Assembly (NCBI GenBank): GCA_965199495.1
Contig: CBDASK010000003.1
Span: forward strand, 2,624,001 to 2,688,000
DNA: 64,000 bases
Reading direction: 5' to 3'
From: Abditibacterium sp.
Lineage (GTDB): Bacteria > Armatimonadota > Abditibacteriia > Abditibacteriales > Abditibacteriaceae
The first letter of the stretch is position 1. Each line of letters starts with the position of its first letter. Under the pieces are notes generated by a model that worked only from the letters and a program-made list of their open reading frames with translations, did not search any database and had not been told where the DNA came from. This document shows positions 30,461-40,711 of this stretch, one piece after another. Made by a program: the position numbers and the translations under genes.

Positions 30461-32389
30461 ATGAACCCGCTTTTTGCCCGCGAACTCCGCGCGCGCTGGC
30501 GCGACCGCCGCGCGTGGTGGCTGTCGCTCGCGCTCGCCATTGGGCTGGCGCTTTTGGCGAACACGATGTTTGGGAGCGGCGTTTCGCAGCAAGACCCGCA
30601 AATCATGGTGCGCACGCGCAACGGTTCGTATGTGATGCGCACCGAGCAGATCACGCCGACGGCCAAAGCCGCGCGCGCCGGGCGCGAACTTTTCATGGCG
30701 CTGGCGCTGGGCAACGCGGTCGCCGGGCTTTTCGTCGCGCCGATATTGGCCGCGACGCCCATCGCGCGCGAACGCGAACGCGGATTGCTCGAAAGTCTGC
30801 AACTCTCGCACATGAGGCCGCTTTCGCAAATCGCGGCGCGCACCGGGGCGGCGTTGGTGTTTTTGCTGGTTTTGCAACTCGCCATCACGCCGATTTACGC
30901 GATTATTCTGTGGCTGGGCGGCGTCTCGCCGGGCGAATTTGGTCTGGCCGCGCTCATTCTGGTGTGCATTGCGATTGGCGGCGTGGCCGTGGGAACTTTC
31001 ATTTCGGCGCGCTCGCACCGGCCCTCGACCGCGCTGTTTTCGGCGTTGGGCTTCGTCGTTTTGTGGACGCTTTCGCTGTGGCCCGCCGCCTATGGCGCGT
31101 TCGGCACCACATGGGGTTGGTGGTCTTATCCGGCATCCGCGTTGATGTGGTCGCATCCGTTGCCGCTTATTTGGAGTGTGACCGATGCTTCGGGCCAAAT
31201 TTCCACATATTTGCCCACGCCTTTCGGCTGGGAAGACGGGACATTCGTCGCCGCGCTATGCGGGTGTTGGCTGCTGGCGAGTTTAATTTTGCTGGCGCTT
31301 GCGACGCGATTGATTCATAAGCCACTGGCTCCGGCTTCGTGGGAAAGCACGGCGAGCGCACCAGTGCAGTGGTGGCGCCGCTCGATTGAACGGCGCGACG
31401 CGGCGGCGCGGCAACGCGAACTTCAACGCAAAAACAAAAGCGCGCGGCGCGTCGAAAACGCGTTGGTGGCCGATGTGCCGATTGACAAGTGGATTCGGTT
31501 CGCCAACCCGTTATTGGAGCGCGAGGTGCGCTCGCGTTTTCGGTTGCGCCGCGCCGGTTGGGCGTTGATGCTGGGGCGTTTTCTATTGTTTGGCGCGGGC
31601 GTTTTCAGTTGGATGGCCTCGGTTTACCAGCTCACCGATCCGACGGGGCGCAAAGACGTGGATTCGTGGTTGATTTACGTTCTGTGGGGTTTGGGCGCGC
31701 TCGCCGTGGCTGCGTTGTCGTCGGCGAGTCTGGCGCGCGAACGCGAAAGCGGAACATGGGAATCGCTCAAGTTATCCTTGCTGCGTCCGCCGGAAATCGT
31801 GCGCGCCAAATGGATGGCGCCCCTGTGGGCCTTCGCGATTTACTCGGCGCCTTTGTGGTTGCTGCTGCCGTTTGGTATGAAATGGGGCGGGCGAGCGGGC
31901 ATGGAGCCGCTCACCTTGTTGCTCAGTGTCGCCATCGTCTGGCTGTCGTATGGCACAATTTCGATGATCGGTTTGCTGATTTCGTGGCGCGCGCGTCAGC
32001 CCAATACGGCGCTGGGCTGGGTTCTGGGATTGGGCCTGATTTTGTTCATCGCCGTCCCGATTCTGCGCGAAGCCACCGATGTAGATAACAAAGTCACCGT
32101 CTACCTTTATGGCGCTTCTGTGCCGCGCTATCGCGGTTGGAGTTATGGAGGCAATATCGCCAGCGAGTGGAGCGCTGTTAATTTCATGCGCTGGACGACG
32201 CTGTGGCATCCGATTTCGGCGCTTAACTACGTGCAAGAGCCAGCCAATCGCGATTTTAATGCGGCGCGCGGCGATGTTTCGACGGGCTTCTTGGTTCAAT
32301 TAGTGGTTTTCGCTTTGATTGTCGGCGGCGGCTTCTGGCGATTGACGCGCGATGTCGGTCGCGACAAAGAAGTCAGCGTCGGCGGATAG
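30461..32389 (+). CDS. Tandem ABC-2-type permease
   Basis: Two repeats of NP....E.R.R.R ... IA.ERE.G..E.L.L. Confidence 0.8.
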   Translation: MNPLFARELRARWRDRRAWWLSLALAIGLALLANTMFGSGVSQQDPQIMVRTRNGSYVMRTEQITPTAKAARAGRELFMALALGNAVAGLFVAPILAATPIARERERGLLESLQLSHMRPLSQIAARTGAALVFLLVLQLAITPIYAIILWLGGVSPGEFGLAALILVCIAIGGVAVGTFISARSHRPSTALFSALGFVVLWTLSLWPAAYGAFGTTWGWWSYPASALMWSHPLPLIWSVTDASGQISTYLPTPFGWEDGTFVAALCGCWLLASLILLALATRLIHKPLAPASWESTASAPVQWWRRSIERRDAAARQRELQRKNKSARRVENALVADVPIDKWIRFANPLLEREVRSRFRLRRAGWALMLGRFLLFGAGVFSWMASVYQLTDPTGRKDVDSWLIYVLWGLGALAVAALSSASLARERESGTWESLKLSLLRPPEIVRAKWMAPLWAFAIYSAPLWLLLPFGMKWGGRAGMEPLTLLLSVAIVWLSYGTISMIGLLISWRARQPNTALGWVLGLGLILFIAVPILREATDVDNKVTVYLYGASVPRYRGWSYGGNIASEWSAVNFMRWTTLWHPISALNYVQEPANRDFNAARGDVSTGFLVQLVVFALIVGGGFWRLTRDVGRDKEVSVGG

Positions 32390-32428
32390 CGTGATAAAGT
32401 TGCCCTTTCTAAAGCGCAGGCCACTCCA

Positions 32429-32503
32429 GCGGGGCTGACGGCCTCTTCCAATCTTGCGGTCTTTCGAGGAACTCCGCCGATTGGAAGAGGGCGTCAGCCC
32501 CGC
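32429..32503. repeat. REP-like palindrome, family D
   Basis: 25-bp arms, one mismatch, same core as 10008-10101. Confidence 0.85.
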
Positions 32504-32617
32504 ATGAAGCGAAGCGCCAACTTCACAAGAGACCTATTGTGTAAAAACCCGCTGACCTCGTCCTAAACTCACGAAAAGGCGCGCGTCTGCCACACTTGTC
32601 AATCGTCAATTTTACCA

Positions 32618-35200
32618 ATGCGAAAATTCATTCCTCTTCTGGCGTTCGTCGCCATCGTGCTTCCGGCGCGCGCGCAGACCGTTCTCAAGCAAACTTTGCC
32701 CAACGGCCTCACCGTTTTGGCGACGCCAGATCACGCCGCGCCCGTCGTGGCTGTGCGCGTTTATGTGCGCACCGGCTCGATTTACGAAGGCAAATATTTG
32801 GGCGCCGGTCTGTCGCATTTGTTTGAACACACGCTGTTCGAGGGCACGAAAACCCGCGATAAAGTCGTCATCAACGACGAGTTGCAGGCGATTGGCGGCC
32901 AATCGAACGCTTACACTTCTTACGATGTGACGGCTTACCACGTCACGACAGCCAAGCCTTATTTCGCGCGCGCGACCGGCATCTTAGCCGACATGATGCG
33001 CAACGCGACCTTTCCCGAAGCCGAAGTCAAAGTGCAGCAGGGCGTCATTCACAACGAGATGAACTTGGGCGAGGACAACCCGGATCGTGCCGTTTCAGAA
33101 CTGTTCGACCAGACCGCGTTTCGCGTGCATCCGGCGCGCTATCCGGTCATCGGTTATCCGGCACAATTCGATGCGCTTACGCGCGACGACATCCTGAGTT
33201 ATTACAAATCGCATTACACGCCCGATAACGCCATTGTTTCGGTTGCGGGCGATGTGGACGCCAAAACGATTTTTGCTACGGTGAATAAAGAGTTCGGCGA
33301 CTGGCAACGCGGCGCCGCGCAAACGCCGGTTTTGCCGACAGAACCGCCGCAAAGTTCGCCGCGCACTGCGACCGAGCAGATGCCGGTGAACCTGACTTAT
33401 CTGCAAATGGGCTGGCACACGATTCCCTTGCAAAACCCCGATTTGTATGCGCTCGATACGCTCTCGCAAATCTTTGGCGGCGGCGATTCGAGTCGCCTGC
33501 AACTCGAAATTTTGCAGCGCCGCAATTTGGTCAATTCCATCTCGTCGTATTCGGCTACGCCCAACTACGATGCTGGCGTTTTCGCGGTTTCGGCGACGAT
33601 GCCGCCCGCCAACTTGGCTAAAGTCGAAGCGGCTATCAAAACTCAAGTCGCGCTGATTAAGAAAAATGGCGTGACCGACGCCGAATTGGCGCGCGCCAAA
33701 CGGCAAATCAAAACCGCGTTCGCCTTTGGCAAAGAGGATGTCGAAAGCCTCGCCGAGCAGGCCGCCTTCGACGAAATGGGAACCGGCGATCCCAACTATT
33801 CCAAACGCTACGTCGCCAATATCGAGAAAGTCAGCGCCGCGCAGGTCAAGCAAATGGCGCTCAAATACTTAAAAGATGACGGTTTAACGACGGCTGTTGT
33901 CGAGCCGAAAACGGAAAACAAGCCAGCGGCAGTAGCAGCCACGGCGCCCAAACAAACAATTGGCGCGCCGACTTTGACGGTCTTGCCCAACGGCGTAAAG
34001 TTATTAGTGCGCCCCAATCCGCTCAATCCAACGGTTTCGATTGTCGCGGCGGGGCTAGGCGGTTTGCGCCTCGAACCCGCCGACAAAGCGGGCCTCGCCT
34101 CGCTGACGGCGAGTCTGCTGACGCGCGGCACGACAAAGCGCAGCGCCGAACAAATCGCCGAATTGGTGGACGATTTGGGCGGCAGTTTTGATAGCATTTC
34201 GGGCCAAAACTCGTGGGTGATGCAGAGCCAGTGGCTCAAAGAAGATTGGCAGCGCGGCCTAAACCTAACCGCCGAATCGTTGCTGACGCCAACATTTCCG
34301 GCTGATGAGTTTGCCAAAGAAAAAGCGCAATTCGTCAGCGCGATTGGCGCGCAGGAAGACGACCCGATGGACGCCGCCGCGCTCGAAATGCGCCGCCTCT
34401 ATTTTGGCGATCATCCCTATGGTCGCCCGACGACCGGCACTTTAAAAACCATCGAGAAATTGACGCCTGCCGATGCGGCCAATTATTGGAAGCGCGTTTT
34501 GCAGCCGCAAAATACCGTCGTCGCGGTTTATGGCGATGTCAAACCCGCCGATGTCGAGAAGTTGACGGCTTATCTGCTGGGCAACTTCAAGGCGCGGGGC
34601 GAGAAATTAGCCGCGCCGCCCGCACCCAAAATTCCGGCCAAAATGCTCGAACGCGACATCAGCAAAATGGGCGTCACGCAAACCGCGATGTGGTATGGTT
34701 TTCCGGCGATTAACATCGCTAATCCCGACCGCTACGCCATTGACGTGTTGGACGCGGCGATGTCGGGCGCCGATTTGCCGGGCGGACGCGTCTTCGCCAA
34801 ACTGCGTGACGCCGAATTGGTTTACGTTTATCACGCCTACGATGCGCCCGGCCTCGATCCCGGCGTCTTCGTGATGTATGCGGCCACGACCAAGGAAAAC
34901 GCGCCCAAAGCGCGCGCGGTTATTGACGAAGAAATCCAGAAAGTGCGCGATACTCAGATTTCACCCGCCGAATTGGAACGCGCCAAATCGATGATGATTT
35001 CGGAGCAAGCCATTGACCTGCAAAGCAACTCTTCTCAGGCGCTGAGTGACGCGACCAACGAGTTATATGGTTTGGGCTATCGCAAAGACGAAGATTACGC
35101 CGCGAAAATCAACGCGGTTTCGTTGGCGGATGTGCAACGCGTCGCGCAGAAATATCTGACGCCAGAACATAGCGTTTTGGCGATTGTCGGACCGAAATAA
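32618..35200 (+). CDS. Secreted M16 (pitrilysin-type) zinc peptidase
   Basis: Signal peptide; HLFEH inverted zincin motif; duplicated M16 halves. Confidence 0.92.
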   Translation: MRKFIPLLAFVAIVLPARAQTVLKQTLPNGLTVLATPDHAAPVVAVRVYVRTGSIYEGKYLGAGLSHLFEHTLFEGTKTRDKVVINDELQAIGGQSNAYTSYDVTAYHVTTAKPYFARATGILADMMRNATFPEAEVKVQQGVIHNEMNLGEDNPDRAVSELFDQTAFRVHPARYPVIGYPAQFDALTRDDILSYYKSHYTPDNAIVSVAGDVDAKTIFATVNKEFGDWQRGAAQTPVLPTEPPQSSPRTATEQMPVNLTYLQMGWHTIPLQNPDLYALDTLSQIFGGGDSSRLQLEILQRRNLVNSISSYSATPNYDAGVFAVSATMPPANLAKVEAAIKTQVALIKKNGVTDAELARAKRQIKTAFAFGKEDVESLAEQAAFDEMGTGDPNYSKRYVANIEKVSAAQVKQMALKYLKDDGLTTAVVEPKTENKPAAVAATAPKQTIGAPTLTVLPNGVKLLVRPNPLNPTVSIVAAGLGGLRLEPADKAGLASLTASLLTRGTTKRSAEQIAELVDDLGGSFDSISGQNSWVMQSQWLKEDWQRGLNLTAESLLTPTFPADEFAKEKAQFVSAIGAQEDDPMDAAALEMRRLYFGDHPYGRPTTGTLKTIEKLTPADAANYWKRVLQPQNTVVAVYGDVKPADVEKLTAYLLGNFKARGEKLAAPPAPKIPAKMLERDISKMGVTQTAMWYGFPAINIANPDRYAIDVLDAAMSGADLPGGRVFAKLRDAELVYVYHAYDAPGLDPGVFVMYAATTKENAPKARAVIDEEIQKVRDTQISPAELERAKSMMISEQAIDLQSNSSQALSDATNELYGLGYRKDEDYAAKINAVSLADVQRVAQKYLTPEHSVLAIVGPK

Positions 35201-35246
35201 ATTTGAGATTTTATTCAATGTTACGGCGTTGAATTGAATCAAGAAC

Positions 35247-35427
35247 GAATGGATTATGACTCCCACCCCCACTGCCTTCGGCATCTCCCCCTCCGAGAGG
35301 GGAAGAATGCCTCAGTTATCTTGCGGCTTCGCATTTACAAAGTAAGTTCTGAAACGCAATTCGGCATTCTTCCCCTCTCGGAGGGGGAGATACCGAAGGC
35401 AGTGGGGGTGGGAGTCATAATCCATTC
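35247..35427. repeat. REPIN-like palindrome, family A
   Basis: 65-bp arms with one mismatch (35247-35311 / 35363-35427). Confidence 0.9.
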
Positions 35428-35552
35428 AAACTTCAGTTGATACCATGAAGTTGATTTTCGATGAAATCGCGCCCAACGCCAAACCAACCGCGTTTGTATC
35501 GTAAAATTAAATGGTCGCCGCGAATAATCCCGAATTCCCGCGACTTTTGCTG

Positions 35553-37808
35553 ATGCCGTTGACCTTTTTGCAATATATTACGCCCTCTCGATTGGCGGGC
35601 GCCGAATATTTTTTCCTGCGCGTCATTTCCCATCTGGCCAACTGCGGACATCGCGTCATCGTCGTCACCAAGCGCGATACGCCGCTCCGCGCCGAAATCG
35701 AGAAGATTAATCATCCCAATATCGTTTTGCACGCCTGGCACACGCACGGCAAAATTGATCCGGCGACGCTGGGCAAACTCTGCCGATTAATCCGCGACGA
35801 GCGCGTGGACATCATCAACACGCATTTGACGACGGCTTCGTGGCAGGGCGCACTGGCGGGCAAAATCACCGGCGTGCCCACCGTGGCTGTTGTTCACGCG
35901 ACCGACCGCAAAACTTGGTTTCAATATGCCGATTACCTCATCGCGGTTTCGGCGGGCGTCAAAAAAGCGCTCATCGAACAGGGCATCGAACCGGCGAAAA
36001 TCGAGGTTTTGTATCACGGCATTGACCTCGACGAATACATCGCACCGCTCGATGGCGCGGCGGCCAAAGTCGCTCTGGGTTTGCCCGCCGAGGCGCGCAC
36101 CGTGGGCGTCGTCGCGTCGCTGATTCCGCGCAAAGGTCACCGGTTTTTGCTGGAAGCACTGAAAAATTTGGAGACCAAAGTCGGCTCGGTTCACGCCTTA
36201 TTTGCGGGCGAAGGCGAATTAGAAGCCGAACTACGCGCCCAAGCGCGCGAAATGGGATTGGGCGCGCGCGTGCATTTCTTGGGGTTTCGCCGCGATATTC
36301 CCGAAATCGTGTGCGCGATGGACGCGTTCGTTTTGCCCTCGCTCAAAGAGGGTTTATCTATCGCCGTAATGGAAGCAATGGCGCTGGAAAAGCCGGTTGT
36401 CTGTTCGGCCATCGCCGGGTTGCCCGAAGTCGTGCGCGATGGGCAAACCGGGTTTCTGGTGCCGCCCGGCGACAGCGCCGCTTTGTGTAACGCGCTCGAA
36501 CGTTTGTTCGCCGACGAAAATCTGTGCCAGCAACTGGGCCACAACGCGCGCTGTTTTCTGGAAGAACACTTCGAGCAAACCGCCTGTCTCGACGCGATGG
36601 AAGCCTATTTTCGCCGCACTGTCGCCGCGCACAACTTGCAACAAACGCCTGTTCGCGTTGCGCCCGCGTTTGGCGCGGCGCCCTCAGACGACGCTAAACA
36701 TCTCGAATTGGGCGACCAACCATTGCGCATTGTGCAACTCATCGCGCCCTCGAAAATCGCGGGCGCCGAGCGGTTGACGGTTTCGCTGTGCGGCGGGCTG
36801 TCGCAGGGCAGCCACGTCGTGTGGTTGCTAATCAAGCAAAACCACGAATTAGTCGAAATCGCGCGCCACGAAGGTGTGGACGCGCGCCCTTTGCGGTTCG
36901 CGGGCAAGCTCAATTTGCTGGCGGTTGGCCGTCTGGCGCGCTGGTTCAGGCGGCACAATGTGGACATCGTCGCGACGCAACTTTCGACGGCGAGTCTGTG
37001 GGGCACGCTCGCCGCGCGTTGCGTGGGCGTGCCGAGCGTGGCGACGGTTCACGCGCTCAACTCGAAAACGTGTTACGTTTACGCCAATCGCATCATCGCG
37101 GTTTCGCACGCGGTCAAAGCGCATTTGGTCGGGCAGGGCATCGCCGCCGATAAAATTCGCGTGGTCTATAACGGCATAGATTTCACCCCGTTTGTTCCGC
37201 CCGCCGACGCCCACGCGGTCAAAATCGCCAAACTCGCCGCCGGTCTGCGCGCTGATGCTTTGGTCGTTGGCGTCGTGGCGCATCTGACGGCGAAAAAAGG
37301 CCACAAATGGTTCATCAACGCCGTCGCGCCTTTATTAAAAACCTTCCCGAATTTGCAAATTTTGTTCTTGGGCGAGGGCGCTCAACTCGAAAATTTACAA
37401 CAACAAATCCGCGATTTAAATCTCGAAAAACGTTTTGTTTTCGCGGGTTTTCACGCCGATGTCGTGCCGTGGATGAGCGCGCTCGATGTTCTGGTTTTGC
37501 CGCCTTTGTCCAAAGAAGGTTTTGGCCGCGTTTTGGTCGAAGGCGGCGCGATGGGTTTGCCGGTTATCGGCACCGATATCGGCGGTATCGGCGAAGTGAT
37601 CGTTCATGGCGAAACCGGCTTTGTCATCGCGCCCGAAGATGCGAACGGTCTGCAAACCGCGCTTTCGGCGCTGTTGGACGACGCGAATTTGCGTAAACAA
37701 ATGGGCGCTGCCGGGCGCGCGCGCGCGCTAAGCGAATTTAGCCGCGAGAAAATGATCGAGCAGACCGAGCGGGTTTACCGCGAACTTCTGGCGCAAACCA
37801 AAGTTTAA
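35553..37808 (+). CDS. Fused double glycosyltransferase family 4
   Basis: Two complete GT-B units, each with GAE, KGH and E-x7-E motifs. Confidence 0.9.
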   Translation: MPLTFLQYITPSRLAGAEYFFLRVISHLANCGHRVIVVTKRDTPLRAEIEKINHPNIVLHAWHTHGKIDPATLGKLCRLIRDERVDIINTHLTTASWQGALAGKITGVPTVAVVHATDRKTWFQYADYLIAVSAGVKKALIEQGIEPAKIEVLYHGIDLDEYIAPLDGAAAKVALGLPAEARTVGVVASLIPRKGHRFLLEALKNLETKVGSVHALFAGEGELEAELRAQAREMGLGARVHFLGFRRDIPEIVCAMDAFVLPSLKEGLSIAVMEAMALEKPVVCSAIAGLPEVVRDGQTGFLVPPGDSAALCNALERLFADENLCQQLGHNARCFLEEHFEQTACLDAMEAYFRRTVAAHNLQQTPVRVAPAFGAAPSDDAKHLELGDQPLRIVQLIAPSKIAGAERLTVSLCGGLSQGSHVVWLLIKQNHELVEIARHEGVDARPLRFAGKLNLLAVGRLARWFRRHNVDIVATQLSTASLWGTLAARCVGVPSVATVHALNSKTCYVYANRIIAVSHAVKAHLVGQGIAADKIRVVYNGIDFTPFVPPADAHAVKIAKLAAGLRADALVVGVVAHLTAKKGHKWFINAVAPLLKTFPNLQILFLGEGAQLENLQQQIRDLNLEKRFVFAGFHADVVPWMSALDVLVLPPLSKEGFGRVLVEGGAMGLPVIGTDIGGIGEVIVHGETGFVIAPEDANGLQTALSALLDDANLRKQMGAAGRARALSEFSREKMIEQTERVYRELLAQTKV

Positions 37809-37811
37809 ATT

Positions 37812-38885
37812 ATGAATTCCCCTCGTCCCCGCATTCTCATCGTTCGCCTGAGCGCCATCGGCGACTGCGTGATGGCCTCGCCCATCGCGCAGTCGTTGCG
37901 CGCGCATTTTCCCGATGCCTATATCGCGTGGGTCGTGCGCGATAAGTGCCGCGCCGTCGTCGAAAATAATCCGTATATCGACGAAATTATCCCGTGGCAC
38001 GGCGGTTTCGGCGGTTTGTGGGGCGCGCTTCGCATCGTGCACGCGCGCCGTTTTGACGTGGTTTTGGAAACGCAGGGTTTGCTCAAATCCACGCTTTTGA
38101 TGGCGCTTTCGGGGGCGCGCCAAAAGCTGGTTTCCCCGCGCTTTGGCCGCTTGGCCCGTTTGCTTTCGACACAAATTATCGAACATCCGCCCGGTTGGAT
38201 TTATCCGCCCGACCGCTATCTTTACTGGGCCAAAGCGTTGGGCGCTCCGCTCCCAGAGCGCACTAAATTGACGGTTCCGATTCAAGACGCCGACGAAAAA
38301 GCCGCTGCTGAATTTCTGCTTAAACAGAATATCGCCCCAGAAACTTTGCTCATCGGCATCAACGCTGGCTGTTCGGCGCAAAACCGCAAATGGAGCGTGG
38401 CAAACTTCGCCCAATCCGCGCAACTGCTGCGCGCCGACTTTCCCGACGCGCGTTTCGTCTTGTTCGGCGGCCCGCAAGATATTGAAGATACGGCGCAATT
38501 AATGGAACTCTTGCCCGGCGTGGCTGTTGATGCCGCCGGGCGACTTTCGCTACGCGCCAGCGCCGCTCTCATCGAAAGGTGCGCGGTTTTGCTGACCAAC
38601 GATACCGGCCCCATGCACATTTCTGTCGCCGTCGAAACGCCGGTTGTGGCGGTGTGCGGCCCCATCGCCGCCGCGCACCGTCTGCCGCTCCACGATCCTC
38701 AAACGATTCATATCGGCATCGAAGCCAACGCGGGTTGCCGTCCGCCCAACCGGCGCAAATGCGACAAAAACCAGAGTTGCGCCTGTCTGGCGGCGATTGC
38801 GCCCGCGACGGTCGCCCTCGCGGCGCGGCGCGCCATCGAAAGTTCGCTCGAATCCAAAATGGCGCCCGCCCCAAGCCAGACATAA
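37812..38885 (+). CDS. Glycosyltransferase family 9 (heptosyltransferase-like)
   Basis: ILIVRLSAIGD, NDTGPMH. Confidence 0.9.
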   Translation: MNSPRPRILIVRLSAIGDCVMASPIAQSLRAHFPDAYIAWVVRDKCRAVVENNPYIDEIIPWHGGFGGLWGALRIVHARRFDVVLETQGLLKSTLLMALSGARQKLVSPRFGRLARLLSTQIIEHPPGWIYPPDRYLYWAKALGAPLPERTKLTVPIQDADEKAAAEFLLKQNIAPETLLIGINAGCSAQNRKWSVANFAQSAQLLRADFPDARFVLFGGPQDIEDTAQLMELLPGVAVDAAGRLSLRASAALIERCAVLLTNDTGPMHISVAVETPVVAVCGPIAAAHRLPLHDPQTIHIGIEANAGCRPPNRRKCDKNQSCACLAAIAPATVALAARRAIESSLESKMAPAPSQT

Positions 38886-38950
38886 ATAAACTTCGCGGCG
38901 CCTAAAACTCGCCGCGCAAATAAACTGACGAGCGCGCTTCCATTGCATTA

Positions 38951-40327
38951 ATGTCCCTCATTCCTTCTTCCCTTCAAATTCGCGGCAAAACCCTGCTCAA
39001 AGAAGTCGCGCGTCTGGAGTGGCCGTTTGTCAGGCGCGCTTCAAACGCGGATGAATTTGATACAGCAGAGTTAGCAGCTCCAAAACGCCACTTCATCCGA
39101 GCCGATGCCCACCCGGATGAATTTGATACAGCAGAGTTAGCAGCCACGCCCAACCGGTTGTCACACAGTTTTCAGTTGTTTTCCAAACGCCACAACAATC
39201 GAATCAAATCTCACAGCGCGCCCGATGCTGCGCTCGAATTGGATGAGAAACCGCTCCGCATCGTGCAATTGATCGCGCCCTCGAAAATCGCGGGCGCCGA
39301 GCGTTCGACGGTTTCGCTCTGTCGCGGCCTGAGCGCGCGCGGTCATCGCGTTTCGCTGTTGGTGAAATATAGCCACAACTTGCTGGAAACCGCGCGCGAC
39401 GAAGGCGTGGACGCCAGTTCGATGCGCTTTGCGGGCAAGCTCAATCTGCTGGCGGTCAGTCGTCTGGCGCGCTGGTTTCGGCGTAACGATGTGGACATCG
39501 TGGCAACGCAACTTTCGACGGCGAGTTTGTGGGGGACTCTGGCCGCGCGCTATATTGGCGTGCCTTCTGTGGCGACGGTGCGCGCGCTCAACTCGAAAAC
39601 TTGTTACGTTTACGCCGACCGCATCATCGCGGTTTCGCACGCCGTGAAAGAGCATTTGGTCGAGCAGGGCGTTGAGCGGGGCAAAATTCGCGTGGTTTAT
39701 AACGGCGTTGACCTACAAAAATTCGTGCCGCCCGCCGATAGAAACGCTTGCAAAAACGCGTTGGGTTTGTCAGTCGAAACGTTGTTAATCGGCGTTGTCG
39801 CGCATTTAACGGCGAAAAAAGGCCACAAATGGTTTTTGGATTCCGTCGCGCCATTATTCGCTCAATTCCCCGATTTGCGCGTCGTTTTTTTGGGCGAAGG
39901 CGAAGAACGCGCCAATTTGCAGCAGCAGTTGCACGCATTGGGCTGCGAAAACCGCGTGATTTTCGCGGGTTTTCACGGCGACGTGATTCCGTGGATGGCC
40001 GCGATGGACGCCTTGGTTTTGCCGCCGATTGCCAAAGAAGGCTTTGGTCGCGTGTTGGTCGAAGCGGGCGCGATGAGCATTCCCGTTATCGGCAGCGACA
40101 TCGGCGGCATCAACGAAGTGATCGTGCCGGGCGAAACCGGATTTTTGGTCGCGCCCGGCGATGAAAATGCGTTGCGACACGCGGTGAAATCGTTATTGGA
40201 CGCCGCCGATTTGCGTGAAAAAATGGGCGCGTGCGGACGCAAACGCGCGCTGAGCGAATTCAGCCAAGAGTGCATGGTCGCCAACACCGAACGAGTTTAT
40301 CGCGAATTGTTGGCGGAGCGCGCGTGA
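38951..40327 (+). CDS. Glycosyltransferase family 4, paralog of the C-terminal half of 35553-37808
   Basis: Long near-identical peptide blocks (PLRIVQLIAPSKIAGAER...); N-terminal extension with an internal repeat. Confidence 0.9.
   Translation: MSLIPSSLQIRGKTLLKEVARLEWPFVRRASNADEFDTAELAAPKRHFIRADAHPDEFDTAELAATPNRLSHSFQLFSKRHNNRIKSHSAPDAALELDEKPLRIVQLIAPSKIAGAERSTVSLCRGLSARGHRVSLLVKYSHNLLETARDEGVDASSMRFAGKLNLLAVSRLARWFRRNDVDIVATQLSTASLWGTLAARYIGVPSVATVRALNSKTCYVYADRIIAVSHAVKEHLVEQGVERGKIRVVYNGVDLQKFVPPADRNACKNALGLSVETLLIGVVAHLTAKKGHKWFLDSVAPLFAQFPDLRVVFLGEGEERANLQQQLHALGCENRVIFAGFHGDVIPWMAAMDALVLPPIAKEGFGRVLVEAGAMSIPVIGSDIGGINEVIVPGETGFLVAPGDENALRHAVKSLLDAADLREKMGACGRKRALSEFSQECMVANTERVYRELLAERA
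39048..39144 (+). repeat. 31-bp in-frame direct repeat, period 66 bp
   Basis: CGGATGAATTTGATACAGCAGAGTTAGCAGC twice (DEFDTAELAA). Confidence 0.9.
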
Positions 40328-40707
40328 ATTCGCCGCCGAAACAACTGGGGAAACGCGAAATAAAACAAAACCGCGAACGCAATTGTCGGAGCCACGACAC
40401 AAACCATCACCGAAGCGACGATGTAGTTCCAACCCACAAACCCAAATGAATTTAAAAACACGACCGAAGCATCGAATAAACGGTCGGAAAAGCGGCTGAA
40501 ATTGGGAATGAAAAATAATCCTAAAATCCAAATTAGAATAAATCCAATCGAGAGAATATATTTTTTGATAATTCGATCAACGAGAAGTAAAAGCACGAGC
40601 GGAATGATAAAATAATAAACGACGATATTAATTTCGTTGTAGGTCAAACCTGTTGTTGCCGAAATTGCTTTGAGGATCAGGTAAATAACGCGAAATATAA
40701 AGTTCAT
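40297..40707 (-). CDS. AT-rich hypothetical membrane protein
   Basis: Hydrophobic ORF immediately after rsmB; markedly low GC. Confidence 0.7.
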   Translation of the reverse strand: MNFIFRVIYLILKAISATTGLTYNEINIVVYYFIIPLVLLLLVDRIIKKYILSIGFILIWILGLFFIPNFSRFSDRLFDASVVFLNSFGFVGWNYIVASVMVCVVAPTIAFAVLFYFAFPQLFRRRIHARSANNSR

Positions 40708-40711
40708 CGAT

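Noticed and set aside
39048..39144. 31-bp repeats with 35-nt spacer as a CRISPR array
   Set aside because: Two units only, in frame within a glycosyltransferase N-terminus, no cas genes
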